This document shows, piece by piece, positions 35,621-45,156 of a stretch of DNA of 64,000 nt. The stretch lies in NCBI RefSeq assembly GCF_055900595.2, contig NZ_CM148325.1. One strand, given 5' to 3'. Position 1 is the first letter of the stretch. Each line of letters begins with the position of its first letter. The notes beneath the pieces were generated by a model that saw only the letters and a list, made by a program, of their open reading frames with translations, was not told the origin of the DNA and did no database searches. The translations under genes and the position numbers were made by a program.

Positions 35621-36262
35621 ATGTTTACGGGGATTGTACAGGGCACCGCAAAACTGGTGTCGATTGACGAGAAACCAAATTTTCGCACACATGTGGTTGA
35701 GTTACCTGACTACATGCTGGACGGTCTGGAAACCGGTGCGTCCGTGGCGCATAACGGTTGCTGCCTGACCGTGACGGAGATTAACGGCAACCATGTCAGT
35801 TTTGACCTGATGAAAGAAACGTTACGTATTACCAATCTTGGCGATTTAAAAGCGGGGGATTGGGTAAATGTTGAGCGGGCGGCGAAATTTAGCGATGAAA
35901 TTGGCGGACACTTAATGTCAGGTCATATTATGACCACCGCTGAAGTGGCTAAAATATTAACCTCGGAAAATAATCGCCAGATCTGGTTTAAAGTCCAGGA
36001 TAGTCAGCTGATGAAATATATCCTGTACAAAGGATTTATTGGAATCGATGGTATTAGCCTGACAGTCGGCGAAGTAACGCCAACGCGTTTTTGCGTCCAT
36101 TTAATTCCGGAAACACTGGAACGCACTACCCTTGGGAAGAAAAAACTCGGCGCACGCGTCAATATTGAGATCGATCCACAAACTCAGGCAGTGGTAGATA
36201 CGGTAGAACGTGTGCTGGCGGCACGAGAAAATGCCATGAATCAACCAGGTACAGAAGCCTGA
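35621..36262 (+). CDS. ribC: riboflavin synthase alpha subunit (213 aa from MFTGIVQG)
   Basis: [15 protein letters not shown]... and the internal repeat typical of riboflavin synthase. Confidence 0.9.
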   Translation: MFTGIVQGTAKLVSIDEKPNFRTHVVELPDYMLDGLETGASVAHNGCCLTVTEINGNHVSFDLMKETLRITNLGDLKAGDWVNVERAAKFSDEIGGHLMSGHIMTTAEVAKILTSENNRQIWFKVQDSQLMKYILYKGFIGIDGISLTVGEVTPTRFCVHLIPETLERTTLGKKKLGARVNIEIDPQTQAVVDTVERVLAARENAMNQPGTEA

Positions 36263-36301
36263 TCTGAAATCGCCCCCGGAGCGGGGGCGATAGAATAGCC
36301 T

Positions 36302-37450
36302 CTAGCGAGCGACTCGAAGGCCGTTTTCGACTCCGCGAGAGAACACCACCTGCCAGAGCTGAATATCACGGGCGCGGAAAGCACCTGCACAGGCATTTAG
36401 ATAATAGGTAAACATCCGTTTAAAGCGTTCACTGTAATTATCCGCAATTTCTGGCCATGCGGCGAGGAATCGTTCATACCACGCCATCAACGTAGTATCG
36501 TAATCAGCACCGAAGTTATGCCAGTCTTCCATCACAAAGTGGGGTTCGCTGGACTGAGCAATCTGGCGTACAGAGGGCAGGCAACCGTTCGGGAAAATAT
36601 ATTTATTAATCCAGGGATCAACATTCAGATCGGTTTTTTTCGAACCGATAGTATGGAGCAGGAATATACCTTCCGGTTTCAAATTACGATCCACCACCGC
36701 AAAATAGGTATCGTAATTTTTCGGTCCGACGTGCTCGAACATCCCCACAGAAACAATACGATCAAACTGGTCGTTCAGGTCACGATAATCTTGCAGCAAA
36801 ATGGTGACATCCAGGCCTTCACAGCGTTCCTGAGCCATTTTTTGCTGTTCAGCAGAAATGGTGACGCCCACCACGCTTACGTCATAGTTAGACGCCATGT
36901 AATGCGCCAGTCCGCCCCAACCACAGCCAATATCCAGTACGCGCATCCCTGGTTTTAACTGCAATTTTTCACAAATCATTTTGAGCTTCGCCTGCTGGGC
37001 AGATTCCAGATTATCAGCATCTTTCCAGTAAGCGCAGGAATATTGCATGAAGGGATCAAGCATGCGGCTGAACAAGTCATTACCTAAATCGTAATGCTCT
37101 TTGCCGACTATCCAGGCACGTTTTTTACTCTGCAGATTGAAGAGACGAGCGCCGGCAATACGCAGCGTGTCTTTGAAATGATGGGGGAGTTGGTTCTCGA
37201 GACCTGCGCGTAAGACTTTGCTAAAAAACATATCCAGTCGGTCACATTCCCACCAGCCATCCATATAACTTTCGCCTAACCCCAACGATCCTTCCTGCAG
37301 AACGCGTTTAAAAAAATCGGGGTTTTTGACACGAATATCCGCCGGGGCAGAACCGTTAATGGCTATACCGGCACGGCTAAGTAATTCGTTGGCGATACGG
37401 TACCAGTTGTCATCCGGTACACTGACTTCTTCTATACACGATGAACTCAT
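36302..37450 (-). CDS. cfa: cyclopropane-fatty-acyl-phospholipid synthase (382 aa)
   Basis: SAM-methyltransferase motif VLDIGCGWGG; 382 aa. Confidence 0.95.
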   Translation of the reverse strand: MSSSCIEEVSVPDDNWYRIANELLSRAGIAINGSAPADIRVKNPDFFKRVLQEGSLGLGESYMDGWWECDRLDMFFSKVLRAGLENQLPHHFKDTLRIAGARLFNLQSKKRAWIVGKEHYDLGNDLFSRMLDPFMQYSCAYWKDADNLESAQQAKLKMICEKLQLKPGMRVLDIGCGWGGLAHYMASNYDVSVVGVTISAEQQKMAQERCEGLDVTILLQDYRDLNDQFDRIVSVGMFEHVGPKNYDTYFAVVDRNLKPEGIFLLHTIGSKKTDLNVDPWINKYIFPNGCLPSVRQIAQSSEPHFVMEDWHNFGADYDTTLMAWYERFLAAWPEIADNYSERFKRMFTYYLNACAGAFRARDIQLWQVVFSRGVENGLRVAR

Positions 37451-37740
37451 AGTTTCTCCATCACTGGTCGGTGATCAGAACCTTAAAACAGCGTAGACGC
37501 TTTTTGGGCTTTGTGAGAAATCTCGCAGAAAAAACCGCGAGTCTATAATCCGACGTAGAACAGAGGGAAAGGAGGAACCCTTGCCGAAATGACCATCCAT
37601 AGTGAGTCGGGAACGATCCTGTCCCCGTAAAAACATAATATTTATCGTAGCTTTAACAACTCGAAATTAGTATAGGCCGCTAATTTCAATCATACAACAA
37701 AATTTTGTTAGCAGCCTAAGTATAAGCATATCGATATAGA

Positions 37741-38952
37741 TCAGTGTGATTCGCTATGAGCGACTTCGGCATTGCCATGATTCTGGCAGTCTACTTCTTC
37801 ACAACGTTGCATCATGTAACCCAGAGCGACCAGCACTACTGTTGATAACATCACGCTGGTGGTGGTGAGCAATGGCGTGCTGATACTGATAAGCCAGGAA
37901 ACTACCAGACTTGCGAGGAAGCACAGACCCAGTTGTAGAGTGTTCTGCAACGCTGCGGCGCGACCAGTTGCATGTGGGAAAGGACGCAGTGCCTGGGCGA
38001 CAACAATCGGGTAGATCGCGCCGTTGGCAATCGCCATCACACAGAATGGGATCAGGATTTCGGCCAGCGACACATGGCTAATGAAGCCCGCAGCCCAGGT
38101 CGCAATGACGCTGACAGCAAACAGCACCAGCAACCACGGTAATAACTGCTTGCCTTGCCATTTTTGTAGTGCGGCGCGACAGCCATAGCCACCAATCAGA
38201 AACGCGATAGTTTGCGGGACATAGCTTAAACCAATCACTGCCGGGCTGTAACCCATTTCGCTAAGGATGAACGGTGAACCGGTCAGCCATGCAAAAAAAC
38301 TGGCTGAACAGGCCGCGTATACCAGCACGTTGCCGCGATAGGTTTTAGAACGTAGCAGATCGGTAAAGGTCAGACCATCCTGACTATTGTTACGGGCCTT
38401 CGTCGTGGGTTTGAGCCAGAAAATAGGCAGAATCAGCACCACGGTAATGGCAAACAGGGTGGCGAATATCGCCTGCCAGGAAAAATGGACCAGCAGCCAG
38501 CTTCCTAAAAGAGGAGCCAGTGCCGGAGATAGACCCACCAGCGGCATGATGGTCGCAAAAATACGGTTAACTTTCTGTGAAGGATAATAATCCGTCACTA
38601 ACGCTTGCCAGATAACCGCCGCGGCGCAGACACCTACAGCCTGTACAAAACGCAATACCAGCAGCGTGGCGGCGTTTTCAACCCACAGCATCCCCAGACT
38701 ACCTAACGCAAAAATTGTCAGGCCGATGAATAACACCGGTTTACGACCATAACGGTCGGAGAGCGGCCCCCACAGAAGCTGGGCTGCGGCAAATCCGGCA
38801 AGGAACAGACTAAGGCTGGCACTGACAGCAGACGCAGGCGTTTGCAGGTCGGCCTGTATGGCGGCGAAAGCAGGCAGATACATATCGGTTGCCAGAAAAC
38901 CGAGTACGCTCAAACCTGCCAGCCAGACTAAAAATCTTTTCCCAGGTTGCAT
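37741..38952 (-). CDS. punC: MFS transporter (403 aa), purine nucleoside exporter, formerly ydhC
   Basis: 403-aa MFS ORF divergent from a LysR regulator; synteny cfa-punC-punR-purR. Confidence 0.8.
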   Translation of the reverse strand: MQPGKRFLVWLAGLSVLGFLATDMYLPAFAAIQADLQTPASAVSASLSLFLAGFAAAQLLWGPLSDRYGRKPVLFIGLTIFALGSLGMLWVENAATLLVLRFVQAVGVCAAAVIWQALVTDYYPSQKVNRIFATIMPLVGLSPALAPLLGSWLLVHFSWQAIFATLFAITVVLILPIFWLKPTTKARNNSQDGLTFTDLLRSKTYRGNVLVYAACSASFFAWLTGSPFILSEMGYSPAVIGLSYVPQTIAFLIGGYGCRAALQKWQGKQLLPWLLVLFAVSVIATWAAGFISHVSLAEILIPFCVMAIANGAIYPIVVAQALRPFPHATGRAAALQNTLQLGLCFLASLVVSWLISISTPLLTTTSVMLSTVVLVALGYMMQRCEEVDCQNHGNAEVAHSESH

Positions 38953-39064
38953 GTATATTCTCTAAATCTCTCAATTAAACACCGCCGCAAAGTGTAGGGA
39001 GTGAAATTAGTGTTGTGAAACGGTAATATTTGATGACTGGTTTCAAAAATTTTGCAGGCAGACT

Positions 39065-39997
39065 ATGTGGTCAGAATATTCACTCGAAGTTGTTGATGCG
39101 GTAGCGCGTAATGGTAGTTTTAGCGCTGCAGCCCAGGAGTTGCATCGCGTTCCTTCTGCGGTCAGCTATACCGTGCGTCAGCTGGAAGAGTGGCTGGCGG
39201 TGCCTCTGTTTGAACGACGTCACCGTGATGTGGAACTGACCGCTGCCGGGGCGTGGTTTCTCAAAGAAGGGCGCTCTGTTGTCAAAAAAATGCAGATCAC
39301 TCGGCAGCAATGTCAGCAGATAGCGAACGGCTGGCGCGGTCAGTTAGCTATCGCAGTGGATAATATTGTCAGGCCAGAACGTACACGGCAGATGATCGTT
39401 GATTTTTATCGCCATTTTGATGATGTCGAACTTCTTGTCTTTCAGGAAGTGTTCAACGGTGTCTGGGATGCGCTTTCCGACGGGCGCGTGGAACTGGCGA
39501 TTGGCGCAACACGCGCGATTCCGGTAGGCGGTCGTTATGCCTTCCGGGATATGGGGATGCTAAGCTGGAGTTGCGTTGTTGCCAGCCACCACCCGCTGGC
39601 GTTGATGGATGGCCCGTTCAGCGATGATACGTTGCGCAACTGGCCGTCATTGGTGCGCGAAGACACCTCGCGAACGCTACCTAAACGTATTACCTGGTTG
39701 CTGGATAACCAAAAAAGACTTGTCGTGCCTGACTGGGAATCATCGGCAACCTGTATCTCGGCAGGATTATGCATAGGGATGGTGCCAACACATTTCGCCA
39801 AACCGTGGCTTAATGAGGGGAAGTGGGTAGCATTAGAACTGGAAAACCCCTTTCCGGATTCGGCATGTTGTCTGACATGGCAGCAAAATGATATGTCGCC
39901 TGCGTTAACCTGGTTGCTTGAGTATCTCGGCGATAGTGAGACGCTGAATAAGGAGTGGCTGCGGGAGCCGGAAGAGACTCCCGCAACGGGTGATTAA
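39065..39997 (+). CDS. punR: LysR-family transcriptional regulator (310 aa), formerly ydhB
   Basis: N-terminal LysR HTH; divergent from punC; 3' end overlaps convergent purR by 4 nt. Confidence 0.8.
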
Positions 39998-41019
39998 CGA
40001 CGATAGTCGCGGAACGGGCCGTCAGCCACGGAGCGGCGTTCAATCAACCGCGGATGCACTTCAATGGACTGCGGTTCTTCACGTTTGTTGACGATACGAT
40101 CCAACAGCATGTTGAACGCTGTTTCACCCAGCGAATCTTTTGGCTGATGGATCGTGGTCAGCGCCGGCGTAAAATAGCGGGCGTTGCGCACGTTATCATA
40201 ACCGATCAGCGAAACATCCTGTGGGACGCGCAGACCCATTTCATCAGCAGCACAAAGTGCGCCCATTGCCATGATATCGCCACCACAGAAGACGGCAGTA
40301 GGGCGATGCGGCTGCGACAGTATTTGCTGCATGGCGCGATAACCGGATTCAGGTTCAAAGTCACCCTGTACAATCCAGCTTTCTGGCACCTTGATCATCG
40401 CTTCTTCCATCGCCTTCATAAAACCGGCAAGGCGGCCTGCGCCAGTGTTACGTTCCAGCGGGCCGGGGATAACGCCGATTTCGCGGTGACCGCGTTCAAT
40501 CAGATAACGCCCGGCCATGTAGCCGCCTTCGAACGCGTTATCAATGACCGCATCGGTGAAGTCAGCTTTTGCTTCACCCCAGTCCATTACCACCATTGGG
40601 ATATGGCGATACTCTTCCAGCATCGCCAGCAACGGCTCTGGGTACTCAGAACACATCACCAGCAGACCATCGACGCGTTTTTGCGCCATCATCGACAGAT
40701 AAGCCCGCTGTTTCTCAAGATTGTTCCACGCATTACCCAGAATCAGGGTGTAACCTTTCTGGAAGCAATTTTTTTCAACCGCTTCAATGATCTCGGCAAA
40801 ATAGGCCGCTTCGCTGCTGGTCGCCAGCAAACCGATAGACTTGGTGTGGTTAACCTTCAGGCTACGCGCCACCGCGCTAGGGGAGTAGTGTAATTCTTTA
40901 ATCGCTGCCCACACGGCGTTGCGCGTTTCTTCAGCGACGAAACGTGTTTTGTTGATGACGTGTGACACAGTTGTAGTGGAAACGTTTGCTCGTTTCGCTA
41001 CATCTTTTATTGTTGCCAT
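39994..41019 (-). CDS. purR: purine repressor, LacI family (341 aa)
   Basis: [36 protein letters not shown]... recognised as PurR. Confidence 0.95.
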
Positions 41020-41063
41020 TCCATTTCACTCCAGACCCTAACTTCAGCTCCTGCAAAATCGCA

Positions 41064-41079
41064 AGGTAAACGTTTGCCT
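41064..41079. promoter_or_regulatory. PurR operator-like site (aGGTAAACGTTTGCCt) in the purR leader
   Basis: Matches the pur-box core GCAAACGTTTGC at 11/12 positions; about 45 bp upstream of the purR start; purR is autoregulated. Confidence 0.55.
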
Positions 41080-41317
41080 TTACACACCTTACGCACAACA
41101 AAAGTGTTGCGGTACGCCGGAAAAACGACACGGAGCGTCAGGAAGGGGTCAATGGCCAGTACGCAAATAGTGTAAGCGTGGAATTTTGGCCGATCTTGAC
41201 GAAAAGGGGAAGTGGTAAAAACACTTATCATTATAAATGACGGGAGATTTTTTCATCACAGTGTGTAAAAATGCGTAATATCACTTTTTGTGTGGTAATA
41301 AAAAAGGAGAAAACTTG

Positions 41318-41407
41318 ATGAGCACCGACCTTAAATTTTCACTGGTAACAACGATTATCGTCCTCGGTTTGATCGTAGCCGTGGGTTTGACTGCCGCGCT
41401 GCACTGA
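41318..41407 (+). CDS. ynhF: 29-aa hydrophobic small membrane protein (MSTDLKFSLVTTIIVLGLIVAVGLTAALH)
   Basis: ATG at 41318 preceded by AAAAAGGAGAAAA RBS; single TM helix; followed by hairpin cgagggag/ctccctcg; absent from the ORF track because it is under 60 aa. Confidence 0.75.
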   Translation: MSTDLKFSLVTTIIVLGLIVAVGLTAALH

Positions 41408-41572
41408 TTTCCTCTCGAGGGAGCGCGTTCTCCCTCGCATCTCCTTCCTGTTTGTTAGCAAAATGGCAAAAGTGTTTTCTCTTTTTGTTATTTTCATTTT
41501 TTTGTGATTGCTGTCATGCTTTCGCCACTTTAATGAATATCGCGTAATGACGCGAAGAGGTGGAGATAAGGC

Positions 41573-42742
41573 ATGAAAATTAACTATCCGTTGCTGGCGC
41601 TGGCGATTGGCGCGTTTGGTATCGGGACAACGGAGTTCTCGCCAATGGGCTTGTTGCCCGTCATTGCGCGCGGTGTGGATGTCTCGATTCCCGCTGCCGG
41701 AATGTTAATCAGTGCCTATGCAGTTGGCGTAATGGTGGGCGCGCCGCTGATGACGCTTCTACTTTCTCATCGTGCCCGCCGCAGTGCGTTGATTGTCCTG
41801 ATGGCGATTTTCACGCTTGGCAACGTACTTTCCGCCATCGCGCCGGATTATATGACCCTGATGCTTTCACGCATTTTGACCAGCCTGAATCACGGAGCAT
41901 TTTTTGGTTTGGGTTCAGTTGTGGCCGCAAGCGTGGTGCCAAAACATAAACAGGCCAGCGCAGTTGCCACTATGTTTATGGGGTTAACCCTGGCAAATAT
42001 CGGTGGTGTTCCGGCGGCGACCTGGTTGGGTGAAACCATCGGCTGGCGGATGTCATTTCTGGCAACGGCGGGGCTGGGCGTGATTTCAATAGTAAGTCTG
42101 TTCTTCTCATTACCTAAAGGTGGCGCAGGGGCGCGACCTGAAGTGAAAAAAGAGCTGGCGGTATTAATGCGTCCGCAGGTGCTGTCTGCATTGCTGACGA
42201 CGGTGCTGGGAGCTGGCGCCATGTTTACCCTCTACACCTATATCTCTCCGGTACTGCAAAGTATTACCCACGCAACACCGGTGTTCGTCACGGCAATGCT
42301 GGTGCTGATTGGTGTCGGGTTCTCTATTGGGAACTATCTCGGCGGCAAACTGGCAGATCGTTCAGTTAACGGCACGTTGAAAGGCTTTTTGTTGCTGCTG
42401 ATGGTGATTATGCTGGCAATCCCGTTCCTGGCCCGCAATGAGTTCGGCGCAGCTATTAGCATGGTGGTGTGGGGAGCTGCAACCTTTGCGGTCGTACCGC
42501 CGTTACAGATGCGCGTGATGCGTGTCGCCAGTGAAGCGCCTGGTCTGTCTTCATCAGTCAATATTGGTGCCTTTAATCTTGGAAATGCGCTGGGAGCAGC
42601 TGCTGGTGGTGCGGTAATTTCCGCTGGGCTGGGATACAGTTTTGTGCCGGTGATGGGGGCGATTGTCGCGGGACTGGCATTATTGCTGGTGTTTATGTCA
42701 GCCAGAAAACAACCTGAGGCAGTTTGCGTTGCCAACAGCTAA
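41573..42742 (+). CDS. ydhP: MFS transporter (389 aa)
   Basis: 389-aa 12-TM ORF; synteny between purR and sodB. Confidence 0.85.
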   Translation: MKINYPLLALAIGAFGIGTTEFSPMGLLPVIARGVDVSIPAAGMLISAYAVGVMVGAPLMTLLLSHRARRSALIVLMAIFTLGNVLSAIAPDYMTLMLSRILTSLNHGAFFGLGSVVAASVVPKHKQASAVATMFMGLTLANIGGVPAATWLGETIGWRMSFLATAGLGVISIVSLFFSLPKGGAGARPEVKKELAVLMRPQVLSALLTTVLGAGAMFTLYTYISPVLQSITHATPVFVTAMLVLIGVGFSIGNYLGGKLADRSVNGTLKGFLLLLMVIMLAIPFLARNEFGAAISMVVWGAATFAVVPPLQMRVMRVASEAPGLSSSVNIGAFNLGNALGAAAGGAVISAGLGYSFVPVMGAIVAGLALLLVFMSARKQPEAVCVANS

Positions 42743-42804
42743 TTAAACAAAAACGCAGAAGGATAACCTTCTGCGTTACAGTTGCTGGCAACGTGCGATT
42801 TATC

Positions 42805-42875
42805 TTGCCGGATGCGGTGTTAACGACTCATCCGAGTTGGCATGGTAAGCGAAGCGCATCAGGCAATGTTGCATT
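42805..42875. repeat. REP/BIME-like element: two degenerate REP units in inverted orientation
   Basis: gccggatgcggtgttaacgactcatccgag and ggtaagcgaagcgcatcaggcaat resemble the REP consensus in opposite orientations; lies between convergent ydhP and sodB. Confidence 0.5.
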
Positions 42876-42887
42876 TGCCATCAGTTA

Positions 42888-43469
42888 TTATGCAGCGAGA
42901 TTTTTTGCTACGAATTCCCAGTTCACCAGCGCCCAGAAGTGCTCCAGATAGCCAGGACGTGCATTGCGATAGTCGATGTAATAAGCGTGTTCCCAGACAT
43001 CAACGGTCAGCAGTGGAGTCGCATCGGTGGTCAGCGGAGTACCCGCGTTAGAGGTTGAAACGATAGCCAGTTTGCCATCGCTGTTTTTCACCAGCCAGGT
43101 CCAGCCAGAACCAAAGTTTTTGATTGCTGCATCAGTAAACTGTGCTTTGAAATCGGCAAAGCTGCCAAAAGATGCGGCGATAGCTTCAGCGACTTTTCCA
43201 GTTGGTTCGCCACCCGCGTTCGGTGCCAGGCAGTTCCAGTAGAAAGTATGGTTCCAGACCTGAGCTGCGTTGTTGAATACGCCACCTTCAGAGCTGCGAA
43301 TAATCTCTTCCAGTGATTTACCTTCAAACGCGGTACCTTTAATCAGGTTGTTCAGGTTAGTGACATAAGTCTGATGATGCTTGCCGTAGTGATACTCGAT
43401 GGTTTCCGCAGAAATGTGCGGTGCCAGAGCATCTTTAGCATATGGTAGTGCAGGTAATTCGAATGACAT
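42888..43469 (-). CDS. sodB: iron superoxide dismutase (193 aa)
   Basis: [36 protein letters not shown]... recognised. Confidence 0.97.
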   Translation of the reverse strand: MSFELPALPYAKDALAPHISAETIEYHYGKHHQTYVTNLNNLIKGTAFEGKSLEEIIRSSEGGVFNNAAQVWNHTFYWNCLAPNAGGEPTGKVAEAIAASFGSFADFKAQFTDAAIKNFGSGWTWLVKNSDGKLAIVSTSNAGTPLTTDATPLLTVDVWEHAYYIDYRNARPGYLEHFWALVNWEFVAKNLAA

Positions 43470-43596
43470 TGCTACTCTCCTTTATTATTAATTTGCATAC
43501 GTACAATAGCCTTATTGTGCGTATGGATAGGGTAGCAAATTAAAAGGTGAGACAAAAGATGAACTTACCCTGTTGCCGTAACAACAGGGTAGAGTT

Positions 43597-44424
43597 TTAG
43601 CGAAGTGTTTTTGGGGTCATTACCCGGCGAGCGCCAACATAGTGGCGCTGCCAGTAGTCTTCACTGAGAGAAGTGATTTGAATTTCCTGACCCGTACGCG
43701 GTGACTGAATAAATTTGCCGTTGCCGACATACACGCCGACATGATCGGCTGTACCGCGTCCCTGAGTACGGAAGAAGACCAGGTCGCCGTTTTTCAGTTC
43801 ACTACGTTCGATAGGTGCTGCATCACGCAGGTGATACATTTCATTCGCCGTACGCGGAATACGAATTTTCACCAAATCTTTATAAGCGTAATAAACCAGG
43901 CCGCTGCAATCAAAACCGGTACGCGGTGAGCTGCCACCCCAACGATATGGCTTACCAATTTGCTGCATCAGTTTATTCATTGCCACTTTTGTGGCTTTTT
44001 GCACCTTCGCTTTGTGTGCGTCGGCAAGGGTTCCTGACGCGGCATTTTTGACTTTCACACAATGCGATTTATAGCCCTTACGTTTGGTACACTTTTCGGT
44101 AAAGCTGGCTGAGGCCGTTTTATTGACGACGTGTTTGCTGCGAGTTTTGGCGTTTTTAGAAGCGGTAATGGAAGATTTTTTAGCGGAAGAAGCGGTTTTG
44201 CTTTTGGTCGTACTTTTACTGGCGGCTTTTTTCGCTGTTTTCTGGCTGGCTTTCTGGGTCTTTTTGGTGGTTGCCGTGCTTTTCTTTTTATCTGCTTTTT
44301 TGGTGATATGAGTGGTAGCAGAACTCTCCCTGGCTTGCTTTGAAGCATGGGCCATAGGCGTTAAAGGCAGGGTGGTAAAAAGTAAAGCACAGAGCGTGAT
44401 CGAAATACGGTTTATCCGCGCCAC
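43597..44424 (-). CDS. mepH: NlpC/P60-family peptidoglycan DD-endopeptidase with a Lys/Thr/Ser/Ala-rich linker (about 271-275 aa)
   Basis: C-terminal NlpC/P60 domain (catalytic Cys in GFDCSGLVYYAY; His in DHVGVYVG); signal peptide; low-complexity KKADKKKSTATTKKTQK... tract. Confidence 0.85.
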   Translation of the reverse strand: MARINRISITLCALLFTTLPLTPMAHASKQARESSATTHITKKADKKKSTATTKKTQKASQKTAKKAASKSTTKSKTASSAKKSSITASKNAKTRSKHVVNKTASASFTEKCTKRKGYKSHCVKVKNAASGTLADAHKAKVQKATKVAMNKLMQQIGKPYRWGGSSPRTGFDCSGLVYYAYKDLVKIRIPRTANEMYHLRDAAPIERSELKNGDLVFFRTQGRGTADHVGVYVGNGKFIQSPRTGQEIQITSLSEDYWQRHYVGARRVMTPKTLR

Positions 44425-44758
44425 TGAGCGTCCCTCTGTTAAGGCAGGTCTATCATGCCTGCGTCTGATTTACAAAACTTGATGATTCTAATGCATAGAA
44501 GAAGAGAAAGTTAATAGCTTTTATTGTTAAAAAATACGTTTCGTCGGCGAGCGCAAAAAAATGCAGCAGTGGAAGCTAAAAATGGTTATAAATGCGCCAG
44601 TTTGCCGTGCGTAAGGGAAGAAACGAATATTTGAAATGCAACAAATAGAACAAAGGGATAAAATAGCAAAAGCGTGATGAAAATGTTATTTTCCGATGCC
44701 GCACTGACCCGCTACAATGTCAGATTACTGCCGTAAAGAAGTTTGAGGAAGCAAGACA

Positions 44759-45106
44759 ATGAGCACCACTATCGAAAAAATCCAACGCCAGATTGCTGAA
44801 AACCCGATCCTGCTGTACATGAAAGGTTCACCGAAACTGCCGAGCTGCGGTTTCTCTGCCCAGGCAGTCCAGGCGCTTGCCGCATGTGGCGAACGTTTTG
44901 CCTATGTTGATATCCTGCAGAATCCGGACATTCGTGCGGAACTGCCGAAATATGCTAACTGGCCGACCTTCCCGCAACTGTGGGTTGACGGCGAGCTGGT
45001 CGGCGGTTGTGATATCGTGATCGAAATGTATCAGCGTGGCGAACTGCAGCAGCTGATCAAAGAAACTGCCGCTAAATACAAGTCTGAAGAGCCGGACGCT
45101 GAATAA
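44759..45106 (+). CDS. grxD: monothiol glutaredoxin Grx4 (115 aa)
   Basis: CGFS active-site motif (KLPSCGFSAQ); 115 aa. Confidence 0.95.
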   Translation: MSTTIEKIQRQIAENPILLYMKGSPKLPSCGFSAQAVQALAACGERFAYVDILQNPDIRAELPKYANWPTFPQLWVDGELVGGCDIVIEMYQRGELQQLIKETAAKYKSEEPDAE

Positions 45107-45120
45107 TCCGTCCTGCAATA

Positions 45121-45150
45121 CTGACGGATGCGAACGGGCATCCGTCAGTC
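45121..45150. terminator. hairpin terminator between convergent grxD and lhr
   Basis: actgacggatgc-gaacg-gcatccgtcagt, a 12-bp perfect stem, followed by a CT-rich tract. Confidence 0.6.
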
Positions 45151-45156
45151 CTTTCT

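Noticed and set aside
44055-44348. Lys/Pro/Arg-rich 97-aa ORF and two Phe/Leu-rich plus-strand ORFs overlapping mepH
   Set aside because: They are alternative-frame readings of the mepH low-complexity linker and have no independent start context or domain.
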